A stretch of DNA of 64,000 bases from Candidatus Ozemobacteraceae bacterium. GTDB taxonomy: Bacteria > Muiribacteriota > Ozemobacteria > Ozemobacterales > Ozemobacteraceae. The stretch spans positions 1,760,001 to 1,824,000 of the forward strand of contig OZ223236.1 in the NCBI GenBank assembly GCA_965140445.1, read 5' to 3'. The notes under the pieces were generated by a model. The model did not search any database. It saw only the letters and a list, made by a program, of their open reading frames with translations, and was not told the origin of the DNA. The first letter of the stretch is position 1. Every line of letters starts with the position of its first letter. This document shows positions 19,323 to 29,108 of this stretch, one piece after another. Both the position numbers and the translations under genes were made by a program.

Positions 19323-20903
19323 TCAAAAACTTTGAATTTTAAATCCATTCAAACCAAGCTGTGCGAGAAGGGCGGCTTTTCCTTTGGGAGTCGAAATTAG
19401 AAGATTATATTTGCTCTGCATGCCTTCAGGAGAAAGATTTTTTATATCAAGAATTTCAAAAATAGATTCTTGCGAAGGAATTGTTAGCTCTATAGGTTGT
19501 GATTGCTGTGGCCAGCCATGTTGAAGCTTTCCCCTAACGAGTAGGGCAGGCTGGTCGCTTACAGCGGCAATGGCTACCTTGGGCATCATACTATTTTTTT
19601 TAAGGCTTTTAGCTGCTGCGGATAGAATTGGCTGAAATTTTGCATTTAGAGCAGAAAGAAGCTTTATTAAATGGCTATTTTCGGAATGACATTGAATCAA
19701 AACAGTTTCAGACCCAGCGGCTGAAATAGTTAAAGGAAATTCAAATTGTCCGACATTTCTTGCTAGACTTTTTATTGCTTCCAGTGTCTTTGAATCAGCT
19801 GATATGGCTACCGAGATATCTGTTATATTGCTTTCCGCAGCGGTTTGATAAGTTGCAAAGCAAAGCGCTTCATTTGCGCTAAAGCTAAAATCAGGAACCT
19901 GATCTGCTCCTACAAAGTAAAAGCTTTGGCTTTTTGTTGGCGGGATAAAGTTTTCTTCGCCATCTTCTATCTTGTTCTTAGCTTCAAAGTGCGCAAGAAG
20001 GGCTTTGGTTAGAATGCTTTTATGCAAATCACGAGAGTCTTCGGTGAATAGATTGGTTGCGCCGGCTAAAAAGGCTTTCCATGCGTTTTTCTCGTTATCA
20101 CCAGTTATGTTTTGTGAGAATGACTCCATTCTTTGATTTAGTCCGATAATCTGGTTTTCGCTACCTTCAATTATTAAGGCAAGAAAGGTTTTTGCGCCGT
20201 GGAACCATATCTCAAACTTTACTCCCCGAGTATTGGCAAAACTTTGTATAAATCTTTCTCCTGCAAACTTGGCCGAAATAAAACTTGAGGGACTTATATC
20301 GTCCCATGACATAAGCTTTGCCAGAGCAGAATTTTTTCCCAAAGCTTTTTGGACGTTGCTAATTGACTCTATATTTTGTTCGTTAATAATTTTTGAGGTT
20401 TGCGTGGCTTGAGGTATTTCAATTTCTGATTTGAAATTTTCAAGGGGGCCTTCAATATATAATGAAAATTTTGTTTGATTTGATTCTTTTGATTGAATCT
20501 TGCTTGTTGCATAAAGCTGTTCGCCGATAGTAGGGAGAGTTGAAGTATTAGTTTTAATCACTTGCGCGGCTTTAATTATTTTTGCTGCTTTTAAGCAAAG
20601 CTTTTTGGCTTTTTCAGTTTCTGTGGCCAAAATCATTGCAACCTGAATATTGCTAGAATTAGAGATGATTCTCCAAGATGACCCTGAAGCTTCAATTTCT
20701 TTTGCCAGAGAAGTTTTTTGCCCGTTTTCATTAAAACCCTGAAGAAGATTGTCAAAAAAAGCTCTGATATGATTAGAGCCGTTTACTACAGGGGCTTCCA
20801 TGGTGAATACTATTTTATTTATATTTTTGCTGGCCGGGTCAGCAAAAGACGGGATGATCAGACTAAGTAAAAAAGCTATAGAAACCAGAGTTATTTTTTT
20901 CAT
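19323..20903 (-). CDS. secreted hypothetical protein
   Basis: 526-aa ORF with signal peptide MKKITLVSIAFLLSLIIPSFA; no confident family motif. Confidence 0.7.
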   Translation of the reverse strand: MKKITLVSIAFLLSLIIPSFADPASKNINKIVFTMEAPVVNGSNHIRAFFDNLLQGFNENGQKTSLAKEIEASGSSWRIISNSSNIQVAMILATETEKAKKLCLKAAKIIKAAQVIKTNTSTLPTIGEQLYATSKIQSKESNQTKFSLYIEGPLENFKSEIEIPQATQTSKIINEQNIESISNVQKALGKNSALAKLMSWDDISPSSFISAKFAGERFIQSFANTRGVKFEIWFHGAKTFLALIIEGSENQIIGLNQRMESFSQNITGDNEKNAWKAFLAGATNLFTEDSRDLHKSILTKALLAHFEAKNKIEDGEENFIPPTKSQSFYFVGADQVPDFSFSANEALCFATYQTAAESNITDISVAISADSKTLEAIKSLARNVGQFEFPLTISAAGSETVLIQCHSENSHLIKLLSALNAKFQPILSAAAKSLKKNSMMPKVAIAAVSDQPALLVRGKLQHGWPQQSQPIELTIPSQESIFEILDIKNLSPEGMQSKYNLLISTPKGKAALLAQLGLNGFKIQSF

Positions 20904-21046
20904 TCAACAAATTCCCTTTGACATTTCTTGGAAAAATTATATCACAATGTATTTACTAACATGTTTATAAATTGGAAGTGATCTTTACTATGGGATCTGC
21001 TTTGGGTTAGGATCAAGGTTGAAAGAATTTTAAAAAGGAAAATTCG

Positions 21047-22420
21047 ATGGTTCCATGGGATAGCGAAATTGGATCTGCGCTAATCGTCGCCTCAATGTTT
21101 CTTGCATTAATGGGAATGGGAGAGATCTTGCGCGGCTTAGGGGCCTGCTCTCAGGAGGGGACTCGAAAGTTTGTCCATCTAACTGGGGGGATTGTTTCTC
21201 TAAGTTTTGCCTATGTTTTTACTTCTCATTGGACAATTTTGGGTCTTTGCGCTGCATTTGTCAGCTTGATGATTATCACCAAGAAATTTGGAATTCTTCC
21301 CTCTGTGCATGGAGTGAAACGACGTTCTAGCGGTGATTTACTACATCCTATCGCTATTTATTTAACGTTTTCCATTACAAGTTATTTTGGAAAGCCTGAT
21401 TTCTATTTAATATCTATAATGGTTTTGTCAGTCTCTGATGCCTTGGCTGCCATCATTGGCACATCATACGGATTCAAGGTTTATAGTGTTGAGGAAGAGA
21501 AAAAGAGCCTTGAAGGTTCTTTTATTTTCCTTTTATCAACCTTTTTGATTGTTCATCTTGGGCTTTTACTTCTGACTTATGTGGGAAGGATGGAATGTGT
21601 GTTGGCTGCTTTGCTGATATCTGTTCTTGTTACCTGCTTTGAGGCAATTTCTCTGGGTGGGGCAGATAATATTATTATTCCATTTGGTACTTTGTTTATA
21701 GCCATGAAGATTACTCAGAAGCCAATTCCAGAAATAACCTTTCAGCTATGCTCTATTGGTATAATTTTTCTTCTTACCTATTTGATTTCTGCACCAAGTA
21801 AGCGACTTGGTCATAGCGGAATTATTGGCGTTTCTTTGGCTGGCTATGCGGCATGGAGTCTAATAGGCCCGCATTGGTATATTCCTGTTTTGATTTGTAC
21901 CGTTCTAATCGCTTGTATTGATATTTTTCTGGAAATGCCCGGTAATCAGGATGAATTAATTCGAGTTCGTCCTCTTTTTTACATGTTTATTGTCTCATTT
22001 GGTTGGATTCTTGCCGCAAACTTCAGGCTTGCCAATGAAAACCTGTTTTTTGTTCCTTATATTGTGAGTTTTGCAGCGATTTTAAGCATAAGATGGAAGT
22101 GGTATCAAAGAGCTGGCAACCTAATGTCGTCCAAAAAGAGCTTCTTGCCAAAGTGGTTTGCAGAAGGTAATTTTTTGGTAAGATCTATTTTTCTTACTTT
22201 AATATTCTTGCCCGCCAATCACATAATTGGACTTGGTCTAGATTTTAAATTTTCATTCGTTTCGTGCCTATTGGGAATAATGATTTCAGATGCTATTTAC
22301 TGGGCGGTCGGAAACAAATATCAGGGCAAATGGAAGAAGGTTTCTTTTTTGCGCATGGGAATGGCAGCAGTTTTGATTTCATCGTCTTTCACTTTTTTAC
22401 TGCATTTCTGGTATTACTAA
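21047..22420 (+). CDS. CTP-dependent polyprenol (phytol/dolichol) kinase-like membrane protein with C-terminal membrane extension
   Basis: TRKFVHLTGG, LSVSDALAAIIGTSYG, KKSLEGS, GADNIIIP motifs; highly hydrophobic. Confidence 0.8.
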   Translation: MVPWDSEIGSALIVASMFLALMGMGEILRGLGACSQEGTRKFVHLTGGIVSLSFAYVFTSHWTILGLCAAFVSLMIITKKFGILPSVHGVKRRSSGDLLHPIAIYLTFSITSYFGKPDFYLISIMVLSVSDALAAIIGTSYGFKVYSVEEEKKSLEGSFIFLLSTFLIVHLGLLLLTYVGRMECVLAALLISVLVTCFEAISLGGADNIIIPFGTLFIAMKITQKPIPEITFQLCSIGIIFLLTYLISAPSKRLGHSGIIGVSLAGYAAWSLIGPHWYIPVLICTVLIACIDIFLEMPGNQDELIRVRPLFYMFIVSFGWILAANFRLANENLFFVPYIVSFAAILSIRWKWYQRAGNLMSSKKSFLPKWFAEGNFLVRSIFLTLIFLPANHIIGLGLDFKFSFVSCLLGIMISDAIYWAVGNKYQGKWKKVSFLRMGMAAVLISSSFTFLLHFWYY

Positions 22421-24027
22421 TTTTGATAAATAATAGGCGATTTTTGAAAATCGTCAGGAGTCGGCGTTGTTTCAAAATATTTGATTCCTGCGTCTCTCAT
22501 AAATATTCCGCTGTCATTTGCATTTGTCGAATTTTTAAAAATTTGATCTCCACCCAGATTCCCTTCTGAAACGTATGAAGAAGTGCAGATCTTGTAAACT
22601 TTGTTATCTTCAATTGGTTTTCCAGAGACCAGAATGTTTTTGGCCTTTTTTGATTTGAGATCAAAAGTCGCAGTGATTCCTGCATATTGAAATCCACTAC
22701 CATCAAGGTGAAATTGGCACAGTAGCTCCATTATTCTTTTTAAATCAGAGCCCTTAGTGTCAAATGTGACAACCGAATTGTCATAGGGCATGGCTGTAAT
22801 AATTTTTTTGCAGGAAATTTTGCCTGATGAGATTCCTGCCCTGATTCCACCTGAATTCATTAAGCAAATATCTGCATTCACGGATTTTCGCATGGATTCA
22901 GCTGCCAGACTTCCCATTGGCCAACAGGCGTTGTGGATTTCATCCTTGGGGTATTCATATCCTTTTTCAGAAAAGCCAACAATTCTGTTCATTGATTCTG
23001 AAAGCATTTTTTCGTAGTGCTTTACCAGGAATGACAATAGAGAACTCTGGTCTTTTGGAGGTTCGTATTTCGAGTCCATTAGTTCGAGCTTTCCAGAATA
23101 GGTTGCTATTTTTCCATCCTCATCCAATGTGAGTTCAAGGTTTCCAACAAAAATTCCATGTTCACCAGCCTGTACAACGATTGTTCCGTTCTGACCATTG
23201 TCATAGTCCGAGGTGTCAAAGTCTGGATCGTTTTTTATCAGAATGGGGGAATGTACTTCTTCGTGAGTGTGTCCACCTACAATGACATCAATGGAATCAA
23301 TTCTTGCTGCCATCAATTTATCATCGTTTATACCTGCATGAGATAGGACTACTATTAGATCTACTTTTTCTCTCAGCTTTTCAGAAATTTTTCTAACTGT
23401 CTCTATTTGAGGTGTGGAATACATACCAGCTTTGGATTTTATTCCAATTCCTGCCCAGGTGTCGTCCCCGATGCTGCCTATTATCGCTATTTTATGATTT
23501 CCTTTGATTAAAATTTTATAAGGTTCAAAGATTGTTTTTTTAGTGTTATCAGAAAAAATATTTGCACTCAGAATTCTAATTCCTGAAGATTTTTGTTGTT
23601 TAAAAAGATTTGGAAAGCCATTGTCAGGTTCATGGTTGCCAATTGTTGTTGCGTCATAGCCGCAAAGTGCTGCTGCCTTGAAATTTGCCTGACCTTTAAA
23701 AAAGCTGTAAAAAGGAGAGCCTTGAAAAATATCTCCAGCATCGACTATTAATACTGGAATTCCAGTGTTTTTTATTTTTTTGAAATACTCATTTCTTCGA
23801 AGAATTCCACCAATATTTTTACCATGAGAGGTTTTTTCTTCGGGAAGGAGCCGGGAGTGGGTGTCATTAGTGTGTAAAATGATCAGCTTGTCCTTCTGGG
23901 CATCTATTGGGTTTGCAATCGATGAAGCTGTATGAAAACAAAAAGATACAAAAAGAAGAATCGCTAGAATGTATTTTTTATTTTTCAATGGGGTTTGATT
24001 TATTTGATTATTTGTCATTTTATTCAC
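22417..24027 (-). CDS. secreted 5'-nucleotidase / UDP-sugar hydrolase family metallophosphoesterase
   Basis: ILHTNDTHS, VDAGDIFQGS, GNHE, LSHAG, GGHTH, NSGGIRA, MPYDN. Confidence 0.92.
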   Translation of the reverse strand: MNKMTNNQINQTPLKNKKYILAILLFVSFCFHTASSIANPIDAQKDKLIILHTNDTHSRLLPEEKTSHGKNIGGILRRNEYFKKIKNTGIPVLIVDAGDIFQGSPFYSFFKGQANFKAAALCGYDATTIGNHEPDNGFPNLFKQQKSSGIRILSANIFSDNTKKTIFEPYKILIKGNHKIAIIGSIGDDTWAGIGIKSKAGMYSTPQIETVRKISEKLREKVDLIVVLSHAGINDDKLMAARIDSIDVIVGGHTHEEVHSPILIKNDPDFDTSDYDNGQNGTIVVQAGEHGIFVGNLELTLDEDGKIATYSGKLELMDSKYEPPKDQSSLLSFLVKHYEKMLSESMNRIVGFSEKGYEYPKDEIHNACWPMGSLAAESMRKSVNADICLMNSGGIRAGISSGKISCKKIITAMPYDNSVVTFDTKGSDLKRIMELLCQFHLDGSGFQYAGITATFDLKSKKAKNILVSGKPIEDNKVYKICTSSYVSEGNLGGDQIFKNSTNANDSGIFMRDAGIKYFETTPTPDDFQKSPIIYQN

Positions 24028-24101
24028 TATTTTCCTAATATACTCAATATGCAGTCAATTCAATGATTTAAGAATTGCCGTTTTGGTAATAGATTAAGGG
24101 C

Positions 24102-24132
24102 TGGCTGGCGGGGGGAAATCCCCCGCCAACTA
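24102..24132. other. GC-rich hairpin without U-tract between pepD and the nucleotidase gene
   Basis: TGGCGGGGG (24106-24114), GAAAT, CCCCCGCCA (24120-24128). Confidence 0.6.
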
Positions 24133-24136
24133 AGCT

Positions 24137-25615
24137 TTAAAGGGTTGCAAGTATTTCAATTAATAGATTCCACACTTTTTCTATGGAAGGGACGAATATT
24201 TTTTCGTCAGGTGAATGAGGGTTTTTAATTGTTGGCCCGAGTGAAATCATATCCATTCCTGGTTGGACGTTTCCAATCAATCCACATTCCAGGCCAGCGT
24301 GTATCGCTTCAACTTTTGGATCCTTTCCATAAAGCTTTTTGTATGATTTTTTGCAATGCGCCAGAAGCTTTGATTTGAAGTTAGGTTGCCAGGAAGGATA
24401 TCCTTCGTTACTAATTACTCTAGCGCCGCAGAGTCTGGAAATGGCTTCAATTCTCTTTGTTATACCTTCCAGTCGACTCATGACCGAGCTTCTCTGGCTT
24501 GTTTCAATCATTATTTTTCCCTGTTCAATCCAGGTTCTAGCATGATTTGATGAGGTTTCAACTATTTCAGGCATATCAGTTGACCTTGCCGCAACCCCAT
24601 TTGGGATAGCAAGAAGGAAGTCTATTACTTTTGCTGTAAAATAGCTCATCATAGCTCTTCTATCTGGAGGACTTTCTACAAAACTAAGTTCTATTTTTAA
24701 TTTTGGATCTGTATTGGCAAATTCATTTTTGAACATTGCTTCAATTTCTTTTACTAATTCAGGAAGGAATTCTTTTGCAGATGGTGGAGCAAAAAACGAT
24801 GCTTTAGCATCTCTTGGAATTGCATTATGAGCAGTCCCACCTTGAAGGTTTACCAGTCTGATGTCTGTCTTTTCTCTAAGAATGTGTAGGGCTCTGGTTA
24901 CAACTTTTATGGCATTGGCTCGTTCTTCGTGAATATTTACACCCGAGTGCCCACCGGTCATTCCAGAAGCCTTGATCATGTAGCCAAGAAAGTCAGAGGG
25001 AACTTCTTCATACTGAAGTGTAAGCTCTATTTTTGTGTCTTTACCGCCAGCACATCCTACAGTAAAAACTCCTTCATCTTCAGAGTCGATATTGATTAGA
25101 GTTTTGCCCTGGAAAAACCCGGGCTGAAGGCTTTGGGCGCCGGTTAGGCCAGTTTCTTCATCCACGGTAAACAATAATTCAAGTGGTGGGTGGGAAAGCT
25201 TTTTATTTTCAGCGATTGCCATGGCCATAGCGATTGCAATGCCGTTATCTGCTCCTAGCGTGGTTTTGTCTGCTTTTAACCATTCGCCATCATATACAAA
25301 TTTAATTGGATCTTTGGAAAAATCGTGTTTTGAATCTGGAGTTTTCTCACAAACCATGTCCATGTGACCCTGTAGAATCACCGGCGATTTTTTTTCTAAT
25401 CCATTTTTTCCAGGAACCTTAATTATAATATTTCCTGCTGCATCAATTTCACTTTTAAAGTTTTGCTCATTTGCCCAATTATTTAAATAATTGCGGATTT
25501 TTTCTTCCTGCTTAGACTTTCTTGGGATAGCACTTAACTTCTCAAATTGTTCCAGGATAAGCTTTTCGGGCGTGTTACCAGTGTTTTCTTTTTTTCTATC
25601 AATCTTCTTAGCCAT
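24137..25615 (-). CDS. pepD: aminoacyl-histidine dipeptidase (M20)
   Basis: LQGHMDMVCEK, TTLGADNGI, TVDEETGLTGA, NIDSEDEG, GGHSG, IHAGLECG, HSPDE. Confidence 0.95.
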   Translation of the reverse strand: MAKKIDRKKENTGNTPEKLILEQFEKLSAIPRKSKQEEKIRNYLNNWANEQNFKSEIDAAGNIIIKVPGKNGLEKKSPVILQGHMDMVCEKTPDSKHDFSKDPIKFVYDGEWLKADKTTLGADNGIAIAMAMAIAENKKLSHPPLELLFTVDEETGLTGAQSLQPGFFQGKTLINIDSEDEGVFTVGCAGGKDTKIELTLQYEEVPSDFLGYMIKASGMTGGHSGVNIHEERANAIKVVTRALHILREKTDIRLVNLQGGTAHNAIPRDAKASFFAPPSAKEFLPELVKEIEAMFKNEFANTDPKLKIELSFVESPPDRRAMMSYFTAKVIDFLLAIPNGVAARSTDMPEIVETSSNHARTWIEQGKIMIETSQRSSVMSRLEGITKRIEAISRLCGARVISNEGYPSWQPNFKSKLLAHCKKSYKKLYGKDPKVEAIHAGLECGLIGNVQPGMDMISLGPTIKNPHSPDEKIFVPSIEKVWNLLIEILATL

Positions 25616-25725
25616 GAGACTCCTCTTATTTCTAATTTAATGTATGATAACAAATGCAATTTGATTTTCAAATAAGTCTAAAAAGATTTATTATGATGTT
25701 TAAAGTGAATTTCCACGGAGAGAAA

Positions 25726-27714
25726 ATGTTTTCAAATAGAATTAGCGAAAAACCAGTCCTGGCTTTGTCGTTGTTAAGTGAAATTGCCCAGGCAATATCT
25801 CAGCTAAATCCAGACAGGGCATTACTTTTTTTAACTGAAAGCGCTGTTTCAATTACTGAATCAGAAGGCGCGATGCTAATGATACCTCATGAAAAAAACA
25901 ATCTTATGGTTCCTTTTGTAAAAAGCTTTCAAAAGAAAGTTTGTGAACCGCAGATAAATGAAGATTTTCAAAAATTTTGTTATGAGAAGTTTTTGACCAT
26001 AAATGAAAGTAGCTCTGAGAGCAAATTGGTTGAATTAGATTGGGAGCTGGGTCCAGAAAATGAGATTGCATATGGCGAGTCTGTTTTTTTGGCAGGTAAG
26101 CCTGTTGCCATGTTGGTTTTCTCAATGAAACCTGGATTTTCTCTCACAGGTGAACAGCAGAGTTTTTTGTCTATTTTGACTCCATTTATGGGGTCGCTTA
26201 TGGAAAACTTTCGCCTGAACAATGAAATGATTCATAAGAATTCCCGCCTTTCAGCATTGTATGAAATTTCTCAACAGGCTGAATCCTTAATCGACTTTAG
26301 GGACGTTTATGATTCCCTAGGTAAAGTTGCTCGAAGTTTCATTAACTATGATGCGTATTTGCTTTATTTATTGGGAACAGATGGAAAAACTCTGGAAGCA
26401 AGGGTAGCTATTGGAGAGGCAGAAGCTTTTGAAAAGAAGATAAGGGTTGGCGAAGGGCCAGTCGGCCATGCAGCTGCGCAACTTAAACCGTATCTGACAT
26501 TTACCACGGATTATAATTCTGTTTTAATTTTGCCAATTGAAGTATCAGGAAAATTGATTGGTGTTTTAACGATTGCAAGTAAGAAAGCCTATGCTTATCG
26601 AGATGAGGATATCATTGGGTTACGTATTATCGCAACACAGATAGCCTCTATTGATCATATGTTTAAGGATTTAATCCAGCTTAAAGGTTTTACTGAAAGA
26701 ATCTTAGAGAGTATGACATCTGGAGTCATAATTTTTGATAGATCAGGTAAGGTAACTTTTTCAAATCATGAGGTTAGAAGACTTTTATTGAAACATCTGC
26801 CCGAAGGCTGGTCGCCATTAGAGGATACAGACGGAATTCCTGCTGACTTGATTAAATTAATGCTTGAAGTTCTTGAATCCAATTTGACTCTAGAGAATGA
26901 AAGGCTTCGATTGAATACTGGTGCTTCCAAAAAAATTGTTGAAGTGAATGCGTTTCCGTTTAGAACTGAAAAAGGCGGTATGTTGGGAACAGCTTTCTTT
27001 ATAAAAGATATTACTCAATTGACCGCAATGGAAGATCAGCTGAAACGTGCCGACCGACTCTCTGCACTTGGGGTATTGGCGGCTGGGATTGCACACGAAA
27101 TCAGGAATCCCTTAACTGGAATGAAAATGATAGTTCAGTTATTGGAAAGTGAATTTGCAGTAGAAGATTCTCGAAGAGAGCCTCTTGGGATAATTCAGAA
27201 AGAAATTGATCGTCTGGAAGGAATTATTGGCAATCTTTTGGATTTCGCCAGACCTAGCAAACCAAAAGCTCTTTTGGTTTATCCCTGTGACGTCATTGAT
27301 GCTTGCTATCAATTGGTAAAAAATCAGTTAAATAAATTAGGTATTAAATTTAGAAAAGGGGAGGGAGATGATTGCCCAGCTATCATTGCTGACCCGGATC
27401 AACTTAAACAGGTTTTTTTAAACATACTGACAAATGCAATTCATGCCTTGAACAGGGGAGGGGAGCTAAGCGTCGGAACTATTGAACAGGATGGTTATGT
27501 AGTAGCCTTGTTCCGGGATAATGGAATCGGAATTCCGACTGATAAATTACAAGACATTTTTAATCCATTTATGACAACCAAAGAGGATGGAACTGGGCTA
27601 GGGCTTTCTATGGCTCAGAGAATCGTAGAGGAACATGGAGGAAGGATCGAAGTTGAGAGCCAGCAAGGAGTCGGTTCTTTATTTAAAGTTTTCTTACCTC
27701 TGAAGCGGGAGTAA
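25726..27714 (+). CDS. cytoplasmic sensor histidine kinase (GAF-GAF-PAS-HisKA-HATPase)
   Basis: AGIAHEIRNPLT H-box, QVFLNILTNA, DNGIGI, NPFMTTK, GTGLGL; ILESMTSGVIIFD PAS entry; start placed at ATG 25726 after GGAG. Confidence 0.92.
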   Translation: MFSNRISEKPVLALSLLSEIAQAISQLNPDRALLFLTESAVSITESEGAMLMIPHEKNNLMVPFVKSFQKKVCEPQINEDFQKFCYEKFLTINESSSESKLVELDWELGPENEIAYGESVFLAGKPVAMLVFSMKPGFSLTGEQQSFLSILTPFMGSLMENFRLNNEMIHKNSRLSALYEISQQAESLIDFRDVYDSLGKVARSFINYDAYLLYLLGTDGKTLEARVAIGEAEAFEKKIRVGEGPVGHAAAQLKPYLTFTTDYNSVLILPIEVSGKLIGVLTIASKKAYAYRDEDIIGLRIIATQIASIDHMFKDLIQLKGFTERILESMTSGVIIFDRSGKVTFSNHEVRRLLLKHLPEGWSPLEDTDGIPADLIKLMLEVLESNLTLENERLRLNTGASKKIVEVNAFPFRTEKGGMLGTAFFIKDITQLTAMEDQLKRADRLSALGVLAAGIAHEIRNPLTGMKMIVQLLESEFAVEDSRREPLGIIQKEIDRLEGIIGNLLDFARPSKPKALLVYPCDVIDACYQLVKNQLNKLGIKFRKGEGDDCPAIIADPDQLKQVFLNILTNAIHALNRGGELSVGTIEQDGYVVALFRDNGIGIPTDKLQDIFNPFMTTKEDGTGLGLSMAQRIVEEHGGRIEVESQQGVGSLFKVFLPLKRE

Positions 27715-27715
27715 T

Positions 27716-28315
27716 ATGCTAGTTATTGGAATTTCAGGACAAACAGGTGCGGGAAAATCGACTTTGGCTAGATATCTTTCCAGGTTTGGTGGGAAAAATC
27801 TGGAAGTTGACGAAGTTGGACATGACTTACTTTTTGATAAAAATGTCAAAAAACATTTAAAAAAGAATTTTGGCTCTGAAATATTTGATTCTTCCGGGGA
27901 AGTTTGTAGACAAAACCTCGGAAAGAAAGCTTTTCAAAATGCCGATTCGATAACAACATTAAATAGAATAATGCACCCACCAATGATTCAGGCCATTTTG
28001 AAAGAGATAAAAGCTGAGCGTGCTTCTGGAAGAACCTTTATTTTGGTTAATGCTGCATTGTTATTCTCAATGGGGCTTAGTGAACTTTGTGATGTAATTA
28101 TTTTTGTTGTGGCTACTCCTGAAATTCGACTCGAAAGACTAGTTGAATCAAGAGGAATGGATAAAGATAAAGCAGAACAAAGGTTGTTTGCGCAGGACAA
28201 TATTCCAGAAAACTGCAAAAAGCTTAAAATTATCAATAATGACAGCAATGAAGAGGATTTATTCTCTCAGGCGGATGATTTTATGAAGCAATTTAGTTTA
28301 TATAAGCAGGTGTAA
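27716..28315 (+). CDS. coaE: dephospho-CoA kinase
   Basis: IGISGQTGAGKST, DEVGH, LNRIMHP, AALLF, RLFAQ, IINND. Confidence 0.88.
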   Translation: MLVIGISGQTGAGKSTLARYLSRFGGKNLEVDEVGHDLLFDKNVKKHLKKNFGSEIFDSSGEVCRQNLGKKAFQNADSITTLNRIMHPPMIQAILKEIKAERASGRTFILVNAALLFSMGLSELCDVIIFVVATPEIRLERLVESRGMDKDKAEQRLFAQDNIPENCKKLKIINNDSNEEDLFSQADDFMKQFSLYKQV

Positions 28316-28316
28316 T

Positions 28317-29078
28317 ATGGATTTTGAACTCCAACCATATTTTAGAAAAATTAATTTTGATGAGAAATTTTACTCGGAAAGCGTTGATAAATTGGTAACA
28401 ACTTATAATGGGGATGGTTCTATTCCTCATTGTATTTTTAAAGATCTGGCAGAAATTGAATTGCTGGTTTCCCATAAATCTTCATTTGAGAATGAAATAG
28501 AGCTTTTTTGTTGCATTGAAGGTTTTACTAATTCCAATGGAAAAGTGAAGGGAGTTTATTGTACTCGGCTAAGTAAGGTCGCCAGAGCTATGCTTGCAAA
28601 TAAGACAAGATCGCTTATTCTTAGGAATAAATACTCCTCTTTAAAAATAGAGGGAAATGAATTAATTAAACTTTTGGAGACTATTTTGACAAACAAGAAT
28701 ATGCAGGATGAAGTAGCAGAATTTGATGAAATTGAATTTGAAGAGGGAAGCGAAATTATTTTTTCAACTCCAGATCCAGATTTGCCACAGGAATTCATTG
28801 ATTATTTAAAAAGTGTTTTAAACCCATTAAAGGATGTAGAGGCGATCTATATTTTTGAAACTCAACTGGAAGGTGAAGATCAAAGCAGCCTGGTATTAGG
28901 TATTAAACCAGCTTCTGGAAAAGATGATGATGATTTTGACAAAATTATTATGCTTCTTTCTGATGGAGTCGACAGATACATTTCTGAGTGGGACCAGGTG
29001 GACTTCATGATTATTACAGATGAAGAAATTCTGGAGTTGGCTGAATCAGTTAGTCCTGTGGTTGACCTGGATAGATAG
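28317..29078 (+). CDS. hypothetical acidic protein with SseB C-terminal-like domain
   Basis: C-terminal EEGSEIIFSTP...LPQEFIDYL...VEAIY...SLVLGI...VDFM pattern resembles SseB_C. Confidence 0.55.
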   Translation: MDFELQPYFRKINFDEKFYSESVDKLVTTYNGDGSIPHCIFKDLAEIELLVSHKSSFENEIELFCCIEGFTNSNGKVKGVYCTRLSKVARAMLANKTRSLILRNKYSSLKIEGNELIKLLETILTNKNMQDEVAEFDEIEFEEGSEIIFSTPDPDLPQEFIDYLKSVLNPLKDVEAIYIFETQLEGEDQSSLVLGIKPASGKDDDDFDKIIMLLSDGVDRYISEWDQVDFMIITDEEILELAESVSPVVDLDR

Positions 29079-29108
29079 CTTATATAACCATTTATAAGGA
29101 GGCAGAGT

